A DNA stretch of 64,000 nucleotides from a virus (lineage: Duplodnaviria > Caudoviricetes): IMG/VR virus record IMGVR_UViG_3300047564_006189, positions 125-64,124 of that record. The stretch is one strand, 5' to 3'. A program made the position numbers and the translations under genes. Shown here one piece after another: positions 30,951-41,002 of this stretch. The notes beneath the pieces were generated by a model, which was not told where the DNA came from, did not search any database, and saw only the letters and a program-made list of their open reading frames with translations. Position 1 is the first letter of the stretch. Each line of letters starts with the position of its first letter.

Positions 30951-30974
30951 AAAAGGGACAAATTTGTCCCTTTT
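30951..30974. terminator. palindromic terminator downstream of aceA
   Basis: AAAAGGGACAAATTTGTCCCTTTT perfect inverted repeat. Confidence 0.75.
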
Positions 30975-31086
30975 ATCATATCACCACACCCAGCAGCACG
31001 ATCTGCAAGATTGATTTTTAAATTTTATTAATCAAATCAGCGCGTTAGCTGCATTTTTACTTCCTGTGTGCCAGATTTACTGCAAC

Positions 31087-32430
31087 TTAACGAGTATTTT
31101 TACTGCTGTCAAAGAATTGTTCATCTTCAGTGGAACCTTTCAGGGCAGCCGTTGAAGCTTCGCGTTCAATTGTAGTTGTTACTGCATCGAAGTAGCCAGT
31201 GCCAACTTCACGTTGGTGCTTGACCGCGGTGAAGCCTCTTTCAGCCGCCGCAAACTCTGCTTCTTGTAGCTCAACGAATGCCGTCATGTTTTGCCGAGCA
31301 TACCCATGAGCCAAGTTGAACATTGAGTAGTTCAGGCTGTGGAAGCCTGCCAACGTGATGAACTGGAACTTATAACCCATCGCACCAAGTTCGCGTTGGA
31401 ATTTTGCGATTGTTGCCTCGTCAAGATTTCGCTTCCAGTTAAATGATGGTGAGCAGTTGTAAGACAACATCTTGCCTGGGAACTGCCGTTGAATTGCTTC
31501 AGCGAATCGTTTTGCAAATTCAAGATCTGGCTTACCGGTTTCACACCAAATTAAATCAGCATATGGTGCGTAGGCGAGGCCACGAGAAATTGACTGCTCC
31601 AAGCCAGGGCGAGTTTTGAAGAACCCTTCAACAGTACGCTCACCTGTCACGAATGGTTTATCGTTGTCATCGACATCTGAAGTGACCAGATCAGCTGCTT
31701 CAGCATCAGTGCGCGCGATTAGGATGGTTGGCACGCCCATGACGTCAGCGGCCAGGCGAGCAGAAATCAACTTCGCAACAGCTTCACGAGTTGGAACCAG
31801 CACCTTACCGCCCATGTGCCCGCACTTCTTAACTGCGGCCAACTGATCTTCAAAGTGAACGCCCGAGGCGCCTGCTTCGATCATGGCCTTCATGAGTTCA
31901 AAAGCGTTAAGCACGCCGCCAAAACCAGCCTCGGCGTCGGCAACGATAGGTGCAAAATAATCTATATAATCAGCATCACCTGGATTTTTACCTTCCATCC
32001 ACTGAATTTGATCACAACGAGTCAGTGTGTTGTTGATGCGTTTAACAACAGCTGGTACTGAGTTAATCGGGTAGAGCGATTGATCAGGGTACATTTCGCC
32101 CGCGAGGTTTGCATCACCCGCGACTTGCCAGCCAGAAAGATAGATTGCCTTCAGTCCTGCTTTAACTTGTTGCATGGCTTGGTTGCCGGTTAAAGCGCCC
32201 AGGGCATTGACGAAGGGTTCAGTTGTAATTGAGTTCCAAAGACGTGTAGCACCTCTTTTGGCGAGAGTGTGCTCCACTTGAACCGAGCCACGAAGTTTTA
32301 CTACATCTTCAGCAGTGTAACCGCGTTTGATGCCGAGCCAGCGTTGATTTTCTGCCCACTCTCGTTGAAGTTGCTGTATTTCGCGCTCGCGACTTTCGCG
32401 CTCGCGCAGCTGCGCAAAAATATGTTCCAT
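31087..32430 (-). CDS. aceA: isocitrate lyase
   Basis: [30 protein letters not shown], catalytic [29 protein letters not shown]. Confidence 0.97.
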   Translation of the reverse strand: MEHIFAQLRERESREREIQQLQREWAENQRWLGIKRGYTAEDVVKLRGSVQVEHTLAKRGATRLWNSITTEPFVNALGALTGNQAMQQVKAGLKAIYLSGWQVAGDANLAGEMYPDQSLYPINSVPAVVKRINNTLTRCDQIQWMEGKNPGDADYIDYFAPIVADAEAGFGGVLNAFELMKAMIEAGASGVHFEDQLAAVKKCGHMGGKVLVPTREAVAKLISARLAADVMGVPTILIARTDAEAADLVTSDVDDNDKPFVTGERTVEGFFKTRPGLEQSISRGLAYAPYADLIWCETGKPDLEFAKRFAEAIQRQFPGKMLSYNCSPSFNWKRNLDEATIAKFQRELGAMGYKFQFITLAGFHSLNYSMFNLAHGYARQNMTAFVELQEAEFAAAERGFTAVKHQREVGTGYFDAVTTTIEREASTAALKGSTEDEQFFDSSKNTR

Positions 32431-32475
32431 ATTAAAACTCCTACTAAATTATGGTGAAAGGTGAAATGTAAAAAT

Positions 32476-32505
32476 AAAAAACAGCCTAGAAATAATCCTA
32501 GGCTG
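32476..32505 (-). terminator. intrinsic terminator immediately upstream of aceA
   Basis: CAGCCTAG/CTAGGCTG stem plus T-run on the minus strand. Confidence 0.75.
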
Positions 32506-32525
32506 CCGTTATGAAGAAGCTTGAA

Positions 32526-32951
32526 TTATTTGAATTCTTTAGTTGCTCTGTCTAGGTTGGCCTCAGATGGGTTTACGAAATCAGAACCGATCATTGAATC
32601 TTCAACGATTCCAACTCCCAGAATTGATTGGCTGGTTGCTCTAGCTCCTGGAGGTCTTTTAACCTTAATGAAGTTTGAGTGAAAATAGTCTAGTGCATTT
32701 AGACCATTGCTGAGAGTTGCCTGTGACAGTAGTTCCCAAAGTGGGTACTTGTCAACGTGGGGTGACATCAGTACTTTTTTGAGGCGGCCCTTGTCAATGT
32801 TGGCTAGGCTGTCAATATCAACATAGTGCAGTGTGCCATCGCTGTCGCGCTTAACAACAGCAATTTCACGTAGAGTTCCAGTATCATCGATGTCCATAAG
32901 TTCGACGTGGTGCATTGAAGTTTTACGCCCCACTAATTGATTGTCTGCCAT
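32526..32951 (-). CDS. hypothetical protein, probably late-expressed
   Basis: AGGAG RBS; TATAAATA at 33022-33029. Confidence 0.7.
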   Translation of the reverse strand: MADNQLVGRKTSMHHVELMDIDDTGTLREIAVVKRDSDGTLHYVDIDSLANIDKGRLKKVLMSPHVDKYPLWELLSQATLSNGLNALDYFHSNFIKVKRPPGARATSQSILGVGIVEDSMIGSDFVNPSEANLDRATKEFK

Positions 32952-33021
32952 TTTTATCTCCTATGATATATTAGATTCATACCCCGATGTGATACTTTTA
33001 AGAGGTATAGAGCGGCAAAGT

Positions 33022-33029
33022 TATTTATA
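33022..33029 (-). promoter_or_regulatory. T4-type late promoter
   Basis: exact intergenic TATAAATA. Confidence 0.6.
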
Positions 33030-33056
33030 AAAACGAGAAGGTGCTTTTTTCAAATA

Positions 33057-34067
33057 TTAAAACTGTAGTAAAGATTTTGCAGCAGGCAGTGTTTTTTGCG
33101 ATTCTTCAGTTAGTAGCTTAGCTGCTGAACTCGACTTTTGATTTTGCATGCTAAGAATTTCAACATAGCTGCTGACATTCTCTGAAATTTTCTTGAGCTC
33201 ATACTTTCCGAGAAATTTCTGGAAGTGAAATAAGGAAAATTTAGATCTTGCGGCAATAGCGTCATCAACCATCTCTGGCATGATGTTTCGTATTTCTTCA
33301 GGCTGACACGTTAAATCCATCAGCAGTTTGTTTTCTTGCCACAGCTCGCCCACGTTGAAGACAGTTTTAATGCCTGGGTCTAGTTCTGCTTCCCACTCAT
33401 GACTAAACAGAGCTTGCCGGGCATATTCGTCGCGGTATGCTTCTTCTATTTTTGTTTTCCGTAACCTAGGATACGCGCTCATGACATTATCGCCAGAGTC
33501 ACCTCTAAAACACTTTTCAAAAATGAAATAATCTGGGTCAAGCGGCTTCTTTGATTTTTTATCAACACCTACATTTTTATCTAATTTTCCAACAAACTTC
33601 ACATTTGGTTGGCGATACAGCTGCAAGAAGTCATCATCACCCGAAACTATGTATAGTTCATCCTCAGCAGTGTTGAACCGCTGACAATACGCCGCAATGC
33701 TATCATCACCTTCGAGAGATGCATGACCCAAACAAACTAGGCTGGTGTGCTCGCGTGCCATCTCCTCAAAGTTCTTAATTAATTCAAAGAACAAGTTCAT
33801 TGATGGATCTTTTACACGATTTGCCTTGTACACCTGTTTGGAGATACATGCTTCAGATTTAGTATAATCTTTTCTCCAGTTGGCACGCCCCTCAAATGCC
33901 AACGCAATCTGTTGCGGTTTTAATTCTCTGGCGTATTTTGCTAGAACATTTAAAGTCATGTGCATGGCCAACCCTGCGGTGTCTTTTGGATCTGACGCAC
34001 GATTGTACGAATTGACTGCGGCCACACTAAAAAGCAAATTTGAGGTGTCTACTACAAGGCGTCTCAT
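33057..34067 (-). CDS. rnh: T4 RNase H-like 5'-3' exonuclease (FEN/PIN fold)
   Basis: LVVDTSN, YKANR, EGDDSI, IVSGDDDFLQL, RGDSGDNV. Confidence 0.88.
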   Translation of the reverse strand: MRRLVVDTSNLLFSVAAVNSYNRASDPKDTAGLAMHMTLNVLAKYARELKPQQIALAFEGRANWRKDYTKSEACISKQVYKANRVKDPSMNLFFELIKNFEEMAREHTSLVCLGHASLEGDDSIAAYCQRFNTAEDELYIVSGDDDFLQLYRQPNVKFVGKLDKNVGVDKKSKKPLDPDYFIFEKCFRGDSGDNVMSAYPRLRKTKIEEAYRDEYARQALFSHEWEAELDPGIKTVFNVGELWQENKLLMDLTCQPEEIRNIMPEMVDDAIAARSKFSLFHFQKFLGKYELKKISENVSSYVEILSMQNQKSSSAAKLLTEESQKTLPAAKSLLQF

Positions 34068-34076
34068 TGTATTTCC

Positions 34077-34376
34077 TTATGTGCGAAGTTGATTTTCTGT
34101 GGAAAGCAAAGGGTGGGCTTCCGAATTGACATTCTCCTCAGGGTCAGGAAATTCCGAAGGCCGAAGCTGAGACGCAACTAAAAATAACATAGCGGTTTCA
34201 TGATCATTTGCACCGTTGATCCCGTTTCTTTTCAGATTTTCAATCAGGCCTTTGTTCCAATACATCTCAAATTTGATTTGACCATCTTCACTAATTCCCG
34301 ACGTGATGTATGCGACATATGGTTGTTTGGTTCTCTCAACCAAAAAATTGATCAGCCAATTAAGAATTTTTCTCAT
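34077..34376 (-). CDS. hypothetical protein in the replication operon
   Basis: ATGA-coupled; FEMYWN motif. Confidence 0.65.
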   Translation of the reverse strand: MRKILNWLINFLVERTKQPYVAYITSGISEDGQIKFEMYWNKGLIENLKRNGINGANDHETAMLFLVASQLRPSEFPDPEENVNSEAHPLLSTENQLRT

Positions 34377-34840
34377 TGCGAACTCCTTACGACAACTGCG
34401 TTTTGAATAATAGATTTATTGAAATCACCTAATGCTTCTTTTAGTACTGGCACAAAAAGTTGTTCAGCGAAATGTGATGAAAGCATCTGCAGTAGCGTCT
34501 GCTGGTCAACACAAAACTCGGTAGCCATTTGGTCTAAAATCGCGTATGAACATGTTTTCGTGTTGCCCAAAGAATCTTCCATCCAGATGCTAAGTACTTG
34601 ATTGCTCGCATCGGCATTTTTATCGAGCACGATTCTTTTTGGCGTCCACTTATTTGCAAGATCAGCAAAAGAAGCAAAGTTCTTTAAAAGAAAAATAATA
34701 TTGTTTAACTCTGCTTCGGATACAACAACTGAGCCATCTTGCATTTTACTAGAATGCCAGCGCATTTGTAGCTTTTCAACAAGAGTATTTGCTACGTCAA
34801 TTTGTTTTTTTCCAATTGTTCCAATTACGCTCTTTGACAT
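34373..34840 (-). CDS. hypothetical protein
   Basis: abuts the clamp gene. Confidence 0.65.
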   Translation of the reverse strand: MSKSVIGTIGKKQIDVANTLVEKLQMRWHSSKMQDGSVVVSEAELNNIIFLLKNFASFADLANKWTPKRIVLDKNADASNQVLSIWMEDSLGNTKTCSYAILDQMATEFCVDQQTLLQMLSSHFAEQLFVPVLKEALGDFNKSIIQNAVVVRSSQ

Positions 34841-35563
34841 TTAATCCACCTTTGAAATAACTGTTAAGAAATGACCATTAATTTGTGTAGTCAGAGTTCC
34901 ACTTTCGCCAATAATCAATTCGCATGTTTGTTTTTGCTTCAGCAGCGAAAGCAAGATGTTAGCTGGATAGTAATACGCAAATGCTGGTTCTGGCGTATCT
35001 TTTTGTTCATTAACCCACTCCGCAGGTGTTTCAAGTGAAATTGAAAAAACATCGTTATTTGTGTCAGAACACTCAAATAAAAGCTGACTGCCTTTTTTCG
35101 CAACCACGAGCGTTTTAGCATTCATAACGCGAACGGCTGAAACTATCATTTCAGCTTGTTCCTTGCTGACCTCAACTCTCCAGCTTGGTGGATCATTTAT
35201 TGCTTTTGGCGCGCGAATTATACTTGGCGCGGCACAGCGGAATTCAACTTTGGCTCCGCCGCCAGAAAGACGTAAATGTGTAACTTCGTTTTTGGTTGGG
35301 TTGACTACGGCTTCAAGATCAAAATTCTTAGAGCTCTTTAATACATTCAAACGCGCAGACAGTACTGACATTCGAGCCAGCCCCAGCTTCGTTTCACCAA
35401 ACTCAGGGATGCCACTCGAAGATAGTATTACGCAACTTTTCTCATCATTAATTCCACGAATCATACCATCTTCGATAATAACATTTTCGATACCTACCGA
35501 TGAGCATACCGAAATAATATTTTCAAAAAAATTCAACAGCTGTTGAGTATTATCTTTCATCAT
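34841..35563 (-). CDS. DNA polymerase sliding clamp (gp45/PCNA-like)
   Basis: 240 aa alpha/beta pattern, ...PSIIRAPK linker, directly downstream of the polymerase; inferred from size and synteny. Confidence 0.6.
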   Translation of the reverse strand: MMKDNTQQLLNFFENIISVCSSVGIENVIIEDGMIRGINDEKSCVILSSSGIPEFGETKLGLARMSVLSARLNVLKSSKNFDLEAVVNPTKNEVTHLRLSGGGAKVEFRCAAPSIIRAPKAINDPPSWRVEVSKEQAEMIVSAVRVMNAKTLVVAKKGSQLLFECSDTNNDVFSISLETPAEWVNEQKDTPEPAFAYYYPANILLSLLKQKQTCELIIGESGTLTTQINGHFLTVISKVD

Positions 35564-35570
35564 TTTTCCT

Positions 35571-38252
35571 TTAGAAAACTAAAACACTTTTCAGATGCGT
35601 GCCATACGGAGTTGGTACTTCCTGCCCGAGCGCAGAAAAGATTCCTTCCAGTTTTGAATCAATCATTTTTTGTTCAGTTTTCTTAACATCAATTTTGAAC
35701 TTAGAAAACCATGGTGGAAACTTTGTCATTTCGGCAGGAATTGCGATGCTTTCTAGATTTCTATCATTTTTGACTAGATAATAGATTAAAACCTTATCAC
35801 CAGAATTTATCAATGACGCGCCAGCACCTTCGTATTCCAACGCCATCTCATTATAATTGACTGATGCCCTAACGTGACCTGGCAGTTTAGCCCGACCAAG
35901 GCCTGATTTTTCTTTGGCCTTCCATTCTTCATAAAATTTATCAAGGTTATTTACTGCCTTCGAAACCCCAATCGAGATCAAATCACTATCACTTACTGAA
36001 TTTCTAAGCAGGCCGTAACGAGATTCATTTATGAATTTTTCAAGCTCTTGATAAGATTTGCCATCTAGAATCTGCTGCAACACCTGTTTAAGGAAGTTCT
36101 GAATAACTTTTGGCGTGTCTGATTTTTTAACTTCAGAGCCCATCGATTTTAACTTGTTAACTGTGGCACCTTCTAGGTCGACAACTTTGATGACGTATTT
36201 TTTCTTCGCTTGGAATAATGCTCGTTCACCAACAAGTTCGCGTGCAGCTTTAATTAGATCATCATAACCTGGTGTGCACAGGAAAGCTTCACGCATAAAA
36301 TCCTTGAATGAATCATTAATTCCGTTTGCGACAGCATCTGCAATTTCTACTGCGCTTTCTTTATCTGTTGTGAATGTTTGATAATAACACGAATCCGTGT
36401 CAGAGTAGATGATCGCCATGGAGTCAATATGATAATCATGTTGAACTTTACCCTTTTTATCGACACTGGTTGTTTTTACGAGTTGCTGTCTGGCACCAGT
36501 TAAAATTTCACCGGCTGTTTCAATCATGTGAGTTGTAATTTGCCGGCCAGTTGCCGTCACGCTGGCACCCATTCTTTCATCAAAGAACGCAAAGAACGCG
36601 TTCAATAAAGCACCATAAGCTGAGTTCAGCGAAATCTTTTTGGTGTGTTGTAACAAATCATAATGCGCCACGTTCTTTTCGGCCTCGGCAATTTCTGCCT
36701 CAGGCGCATTTGATTTTATGAGTTCCTTAAGCTTGATGCTCCATTCTTTCTTCTTCTTCTGAAGATCTTTTCGAGCGGCGAACCATGCGGTCAACACCGC
36801 GGCCACGGCACCTTGGCCTGAACTCTGATCGAACACTGTGCCATACGCTGAAACTGCCCACTGCTTTTGTTTTAGCAGGTCATACCATTCAGCGCCAGTT
36901 GCCTCATACGTATCAAGATTTTCCATTTCAAGCAGGTGGATCTTATCATCTTTTTTCCAGATGCCGCGCCAGTCTTCTTCTTTATTTGTGAATTGGCCGA
37001 TAATTTTTTCGGATGAAATGTTCAATGATCTGATAACTGATGGGTATAGCGAGTTAATGTCAACTGAGCCAACCCACTCATGCAGCCCAACTTTTGGCGT
37101 CATAACAATCGCACCTTCAACCTTTCCAGTATTTGGGCGAGTGATTTTGTCAGGCATAACTTTATTCATCACGTTATGCACATAGTTGATGATGCCGGTC
37201 TCAACGTATTTCACCGTGCCAAGAACTGCCTCAACCGGCACGGTGTTTTCATGAGACATTTGATTTGCTAGCGCGATGAATTTAAATTTCTGATCGAGCC
37301 TCTTTAGAATTTCAGTGTCACGTACGTTGTACTTGATGAAGTGAATGAAATCATTTTTGTACAAGTCTTCAAGCGTGCCTTCATATTCCAACTTTGGGAT
37401 ATCCAATTCTTCTTCGGCGATCGCGCCAAGCGAAAAAGAAACTCGACCTTCGAAGGTAAATTTTTTAAATAGCGCCAGATAGTCAAGGTGGATTCGACCG
37501 CTTAGGCTTGCATTAATCTGTTCTTTGCCAAATCTTTCAACGGTATCGAATCGCGGTGGTAGGGCGCCGAGGAAACACCAGCGGTTCATGGCTTTTCGCC
37601 CGAGAACCATTTCTGTTCTTTTTAGCAAGTACGGCAAGTCAAAGAATTCTGAGTTCCAGCCTGAGATCAAATCGCTGTCGTCGATAAGATCAAGAGTTGA
37701 ATAAATTAATTCGGCTTCATCCTTGGCGATAATCAAGTTAGTCTTGATTTCTGGCATCATCTCGTCAAATTGCTTAACGATGTCGCCTTTCCAACCTTTC
37801 GGTGGAACAACTATCGTGACAAATTCGTCAAGCCACTGATGATACAACGTAATTGCGTTGATTGGTGCATACGGATTTTCTGGACTTGAGAAGCCAATGT
37901 TCCGGTCATAATCAACTTCGATATCAAGAAAAGTATAATTAAGACTTGGTGTCGGTGCCTGATAGTATTCATTCATCAGGACTTTTGCGGTTGGGTTGAT
38001 GTCAGATTCAAACCGTCTTTCGTGTTTGAACTTGGCGGCCTCAAATTCTGCCTTACAATCAAAATCCAATCGTGTCAGTGTGTGACCAAACAATGAAGTG
38101 TGTTTGCCTTTATCATCCTCAACATAAAAGTAATAGGGCGCGTCGTACCGAATCATTTTCCGCCCGGTAGGTCCACGCTCCCAGACCAGCACCTGCTCCG
38201 TTTCATAGTCGGCGCAGGCGCTGATGTAACCAAGTTTTTGTTTATCAGTCAT
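35571..38252 (-). CDS. family B DNA polymerase (T4 gp43-like)
   Basis: Exo DIEVD, GWNSEFFD, YNVRD; Pol DINSLYPS, KISLNSAYG, YSDTDS, KKKY. Confidence 0.96.
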   Translation of the reverse strand: MTDKQKLGYISACADYETEQVLVWERGPTGRKMIRYDAPYYFYVEDDKGKHTSLFGHTLTRLDFDCKAEFEAAKFKHERRFESDINPTAKVLMNEYYQAPTPSLNYTFLDIEVDYDRNIGFSSPENPYAPINAITLYHQWLDEFVTIVVPPKGWKGDIVKQFDEMMPEIKTNLIIAKDEAELIYSTLDLIDDSDLISGWNSEFFDLPYLLKRTEMVLGRKAMNRWCFLGALPPRFDTVERFGKEQINASLSGRIHLDYLALFKKFTFEGRVSFSLGAIAEEELDIPKLEYEGTLEDLYKNDFIHFIKYNVRDTEILKRLDQKFKFIALANQMSHENTVPVEAVLGTVKYVETGIINYVHNVMNKVMPDKITRPNTGKVEGAIVMTPKVGLHEWVGSVDINSLYPSVIRSLNISSEKIIGQFTNKEEDWRGIWKKDDKIHLLEMENLDTYEATGAEWYDLLKQKQWAVSAYGTVFDQSSGQGAVAAVLTAWFAARKDLQKKKKEWSIKLKELIKSNAPEAEIAEAEKNVAHYDLLQHTKKISLNSAYGALLNAFFAFFDERMGASVTATGRQITTHMIETAGEILTGARQQLVKTTSVDKKGKVQHDYHIDSMAIIYSDTDSCYYQTFTTDKESAVEIADAVANGINDSFKDFMREAFLCTPGYDDLIKAARELVGERALFQAKKKYVIKVVDLEGATVNKLKSMGSEVKKSDTPKVIQNFLKQVLQQILDGKSYQELEKFINESRYGLLRNSVSDSDLISIGVSKAVNNLDKFYEEWKAKEKSGLGRAKLPGHVRASVNYNEMALEYEGAGASLINSGDKVLIYYLVKNDRNLESIAIPAEMTKFPPWFSKFKIDVKKTEQKMIDSKLEGIFSALGQEVPTPYGTHLKSVLVF

Positions 38253-38571
38253 TAGTGCCAGTGCGACGGCTTGAACTTGAAAGGAGAAGAGTTAGAACTG
38301 CTTCCCATTTTTCAATTTCAGTTTGCGCTTCCGCGAAGTCATTGTTGAAGTACATTTTTACGAGCTTGTTGAAGTCTTTACCTGAGATGCCGATTTTTTC
38401 TTGGGCGTCATCACGAAGCGCCTTGATGCTTTCAGCTTCATCTGCCATCCGTGTTTTTGCTGCGACCGCTTCGTCAATAAAGACTTGCAGCTTTTCTTTT
38501 TCGCTTGGGTTATTCAGGATAGAAACAAGATCTTGAGCTTGCTTTTTTGCTGCTTTCTTTTGGCGGGCCAT
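38245..38571 (-). CDS. T4 DsbA-like dsDNA-binding protein
   Basis: IKALRDDAQEKIGISGKDFNKLVKMYF resembles T4 DsbA. Confidence 0.6.
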   Translation of the reverse strand: MARQKKAAKKQAQDLVSILNNPSEKEKLQVFIDEAVAAKTRMADEAESIKALRDDAQEKIGISGKDFNKLVKMYFNNDFAEAQTEIEKWEAVLTLLLSSSSRRTGTND

Positions 38572-38651
38572 AACGCTCTCCTTTATGAATATGAATATAC
38601 GAATTGGTCAATACCAACAGTTAGATTGTAATACATGAAAGACAATTATTG

Positions 38652-39089
38652 CTAATTTGCGTGATTTTTTTTGCTAAAACTTTTTTCGGCAAGTTCAAAC
38701 TTTAGCTCGCTTTGCAGTTTGACCACGCTGGCGCTAAAACACGTAGGTAAGTCCGCCGCTGGGTTCTTGCCTATGTAAGATTTGTCAACAAGATAAAATT
38801 TTGCAACTGAGACTTCCTTTGCACTGGAGTTTTTTAATTCACCCGGTTCTGCGGTATCCCAGAGAATTTTATATGAGTTATCTCCAATTTCATTAATTTC
38901 TGTCATTACTGCTTTTACTAAATTTGCGCATGTCAGCACACAATCTTCAGGATTTTTGTATATTTTAGAAACTACCGTAATATCATGAGAATCTACTATC
39001 TTTGAAAATAAACTAAGTTTTTTAAAATCAGATACTGTGTTAATTAGACAATAATAACGATAATACGGCGTGGTGCTAGTGGAGGACAT
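38652..39089 (-). CDS. hypothetical protein
   Basis: co-oriented, overlaps its neighbour. Confidence 0.6.
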   Translation of the reverse strand: MSSTSTTPYYRYYCLINTVSDFKKLSLFSKIVDSHDITVVSKIYKNPEDCVLTCANLVKAVMTEINEIGDNSYKILWDTAEPGELKNSSAKEVSVAKFYLVDKSYIGKNPAADLPTCFSASVVKLQSELKFELAEKSFSKKNHAN

Positions 39090-39489
39090 GATTTGAACTC
39101 TCCCTTAAAGAATCTTTCTCGGCGACATATTCATCGTGCGAAATAATTGAAAAAACTTTTCCGATTAAATTTGACGTGGAAACTACTTCACCGTCAGTTG
39201 CTAAAATCAGCAATTTTAAAAAATTGTCGCCGAGCTCAATAAAGCTGTTGTCCTCAAATTTATCTTCTTCTTCTCTGACTGGATATTCAGCAGAATTAAA
39301 TTTGTACATAACGTCTTCAGAATTTAAATTCTCGAGCGTTTTATTCAAGGCACCAACTGCCTCAATGTCTGAATAAAAACCGTCTGATGAAATTACTATT
39401 TGCTCCATTCCAAATTCATTAAGTTCTGCCGGAAGCTGATCTGCCGTGAGCGATAAAAGATAAAAATACTTTTCGTTTTGTTGTGTCAT
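39076..39489 (-). CDS. hypothetical acidic protein
   Basis: ATGA-coupled. Confidence 0.6.
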   Translation of the reverse strand: MTQQNEKYFYLLSLTADQLPAELNEFGMEQIVISSDGFYSDIEAVGALNKTLENLNSEDVMYKFNSAEYPVREEEDKFEDNSFIELGDNFLKLLILATDGEVVSTSNLIGKVFSIISHDEYVAEKDSLRESSNHVLH

Positions 39490-40565
39490 ACGGGTCCAAT
39501 AATATACGGGTTAATTGCTTTTTGCACGAGTTCAGAAGTTCCTGAAATTTGATTTTTTTCGGCAGTGCTGTTAACCAACACTGTTGGAAAAATTACTGGC
39601 CATACTGGTTTTTCTGTCCTGGCACTAAGAAGCAAATTTAATTTCTCACCCGCCGGGGCAAATAACCATTCTGCAGTAATTTCAGAAAATTTTACAACAG
39701 AAGACAGCTCTCTGTCAACTGGTGAATACGGAGAATATGCTAACATTATATAGGCCACGTCGGTCATTGGTGCTGTGTTAGCTGATAGTGACATGAGTTG
39801 CAATTCTTCACCTTGCTTAAGCAATGTGGACAGATTGCCGTACGTGAATAACTTATATGTTGACCCAAACATATTAACTTTTGTAACATTTGACCAGCTG
39901 CTACTGCCAGGCGTAACATTATTCGTAAGGGTTAAATTGAAGCTTGGGGCTGTTGTTGCTCGCGTGACATTTATTTTAATCTGCAGTGTTTCTGCAGTCA
40001 GCGCAGGAGAAAATGAAATCGTTTGAGATGCTAAGTCGGCAGTCCAACTAGTAGTGTTTAACTTGACGCTGTTAACAATAACTTCTACTGTGTCTGCGGC
40101 TTCAAAAAATAATGTTTTGCTTTCAGGACTATTGTCACGGCCAGAAATAAATGAAACAGTCCCGCCGCGATAAAAAATAAATGGTGTAAATGTAGAAGGA
40201 TCTACTTGACGTTTTTTAGCAACTGCGATTATTGAAGTTGCAGTCGTCGCGGCGTCAGGAATTGCAACAGTTAATTCTCCAGCAGCACCAGTTATTAAAG
40301 AAATTGGCGGCAGCTCGCGCTGAGATACTGCAGCTGCGCTTATTGCGACTTGCTCCCGTGGCAACCAATCTTCAGTTGTGCTATCTGCTGCCGGTGAAGT
40401 TGCAACGATATTTCTGGTGTTTTTACTGCCAATCGGATATAATTTTCCTTCGCATCCAAGAGTTATGTTGCACTTAGTAAATTTGACTGACGTGATTCTA
40501 TTTTCTTCGTCAATTGTTCTTTTACACAGATTGCACTTATACGTTATAAACCGAGTAGTTGTCAT
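39486..40565 (-). CDS. putative virion structural protein with an N-terminal Cys cluster
   Basis: CNLCKR...CNITLGCEG; beta-rich body; AATAAATA about 150 nt upstream. Confidence 0.55.
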   Translation of the reverse strand: MTTTRFITYKCNLCKRTIDEENRITSVKFTKCNITLGCEGKLYPIGSKNTRNIVATSPAADSTTEDWLPREQVAISAAAVSQRELPPISLITGAAGELTVAIPDAATTATSIIAVAKKRQVDPSTFTPFIFYRGGTVSFISGRDNSPESKTLFFEAADTVEVIVNSVKLNTTSWTADLASQTISFSPALTAETLQIKINVTRATTAPSFNLTLTNNVTPGSSSWSNVTKVNMFGSTYKLFTYGNLSTLLKQGEELQLMSLSANTAPMTDVAYIMLAYSPYSPVDRELSSVVKFSEITAEWLFAPAGEKLNLLLSARTEKPVWPVIFPTVLVNSTAEKNQISGTSELVQKAINPYIIGPV

Positions 40566-40798
40566 TTTATTTAAGCTCTTTACTGTATTTCAAACTGTAA
40601 ATTTATTCTCAGCTTGACGTGTTTAATATATTCAATTCAGCCAATTTGGGATTATATTGTCTGGGCAGCACCACGGTTAATCCGTAATTCAAATATGTTT
40701 GCTCGCCACGTTCTTATTTATTTTTATTTAGTTTGCTTTTAACCGTTAATGCGTAAACTGATATAAAGTTTAAAGTGCAAGTCAACTTAACAATAATT

Positions 40799-41002
40799 TT
40801 ATTCTTGAGCGTCGTCAGCCGAATCTTCACAAATTTCGTATAAATCTTCGCGCCTAACCCATTTTTTCCAGCCAATGTCTTTGTCTAATGGCGTAATTTC
40901 TAAAAGAGTAAACTGGCGATTGCTGACTTGTTTAACTGCACTTCGTCCAGTTAATACAATTTCTTGATTCTCATACACAAAAGTCTTCTTAGACATTACC
41001 AA
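40799..41002 (-). CDS. hypothetical protein
   Basis: EIVLTGRSA...WKKWV motif. Confidence 0.6.
   Translation of the reverse strand: MVMSKKTFVYENQEIVLTGRSAVKQVSNRQFTLLEITPLDKDIGWKKWVRREDLYEICEDSADDAQE

Noticed and set aside
28131-32430. pepA/aceA as a host-chromosome flank (prophage boundary)
   Set aside because: They are interleaved with phage-type genes and promoters on the same strand, with no integrase, att site or host operon context; read-level confirmation is still advisable.
35571-38252. Intein or split polymerase
   Set aside because: It is a continuous 893-aa PolB with normally spaced motifs and no intein signature.
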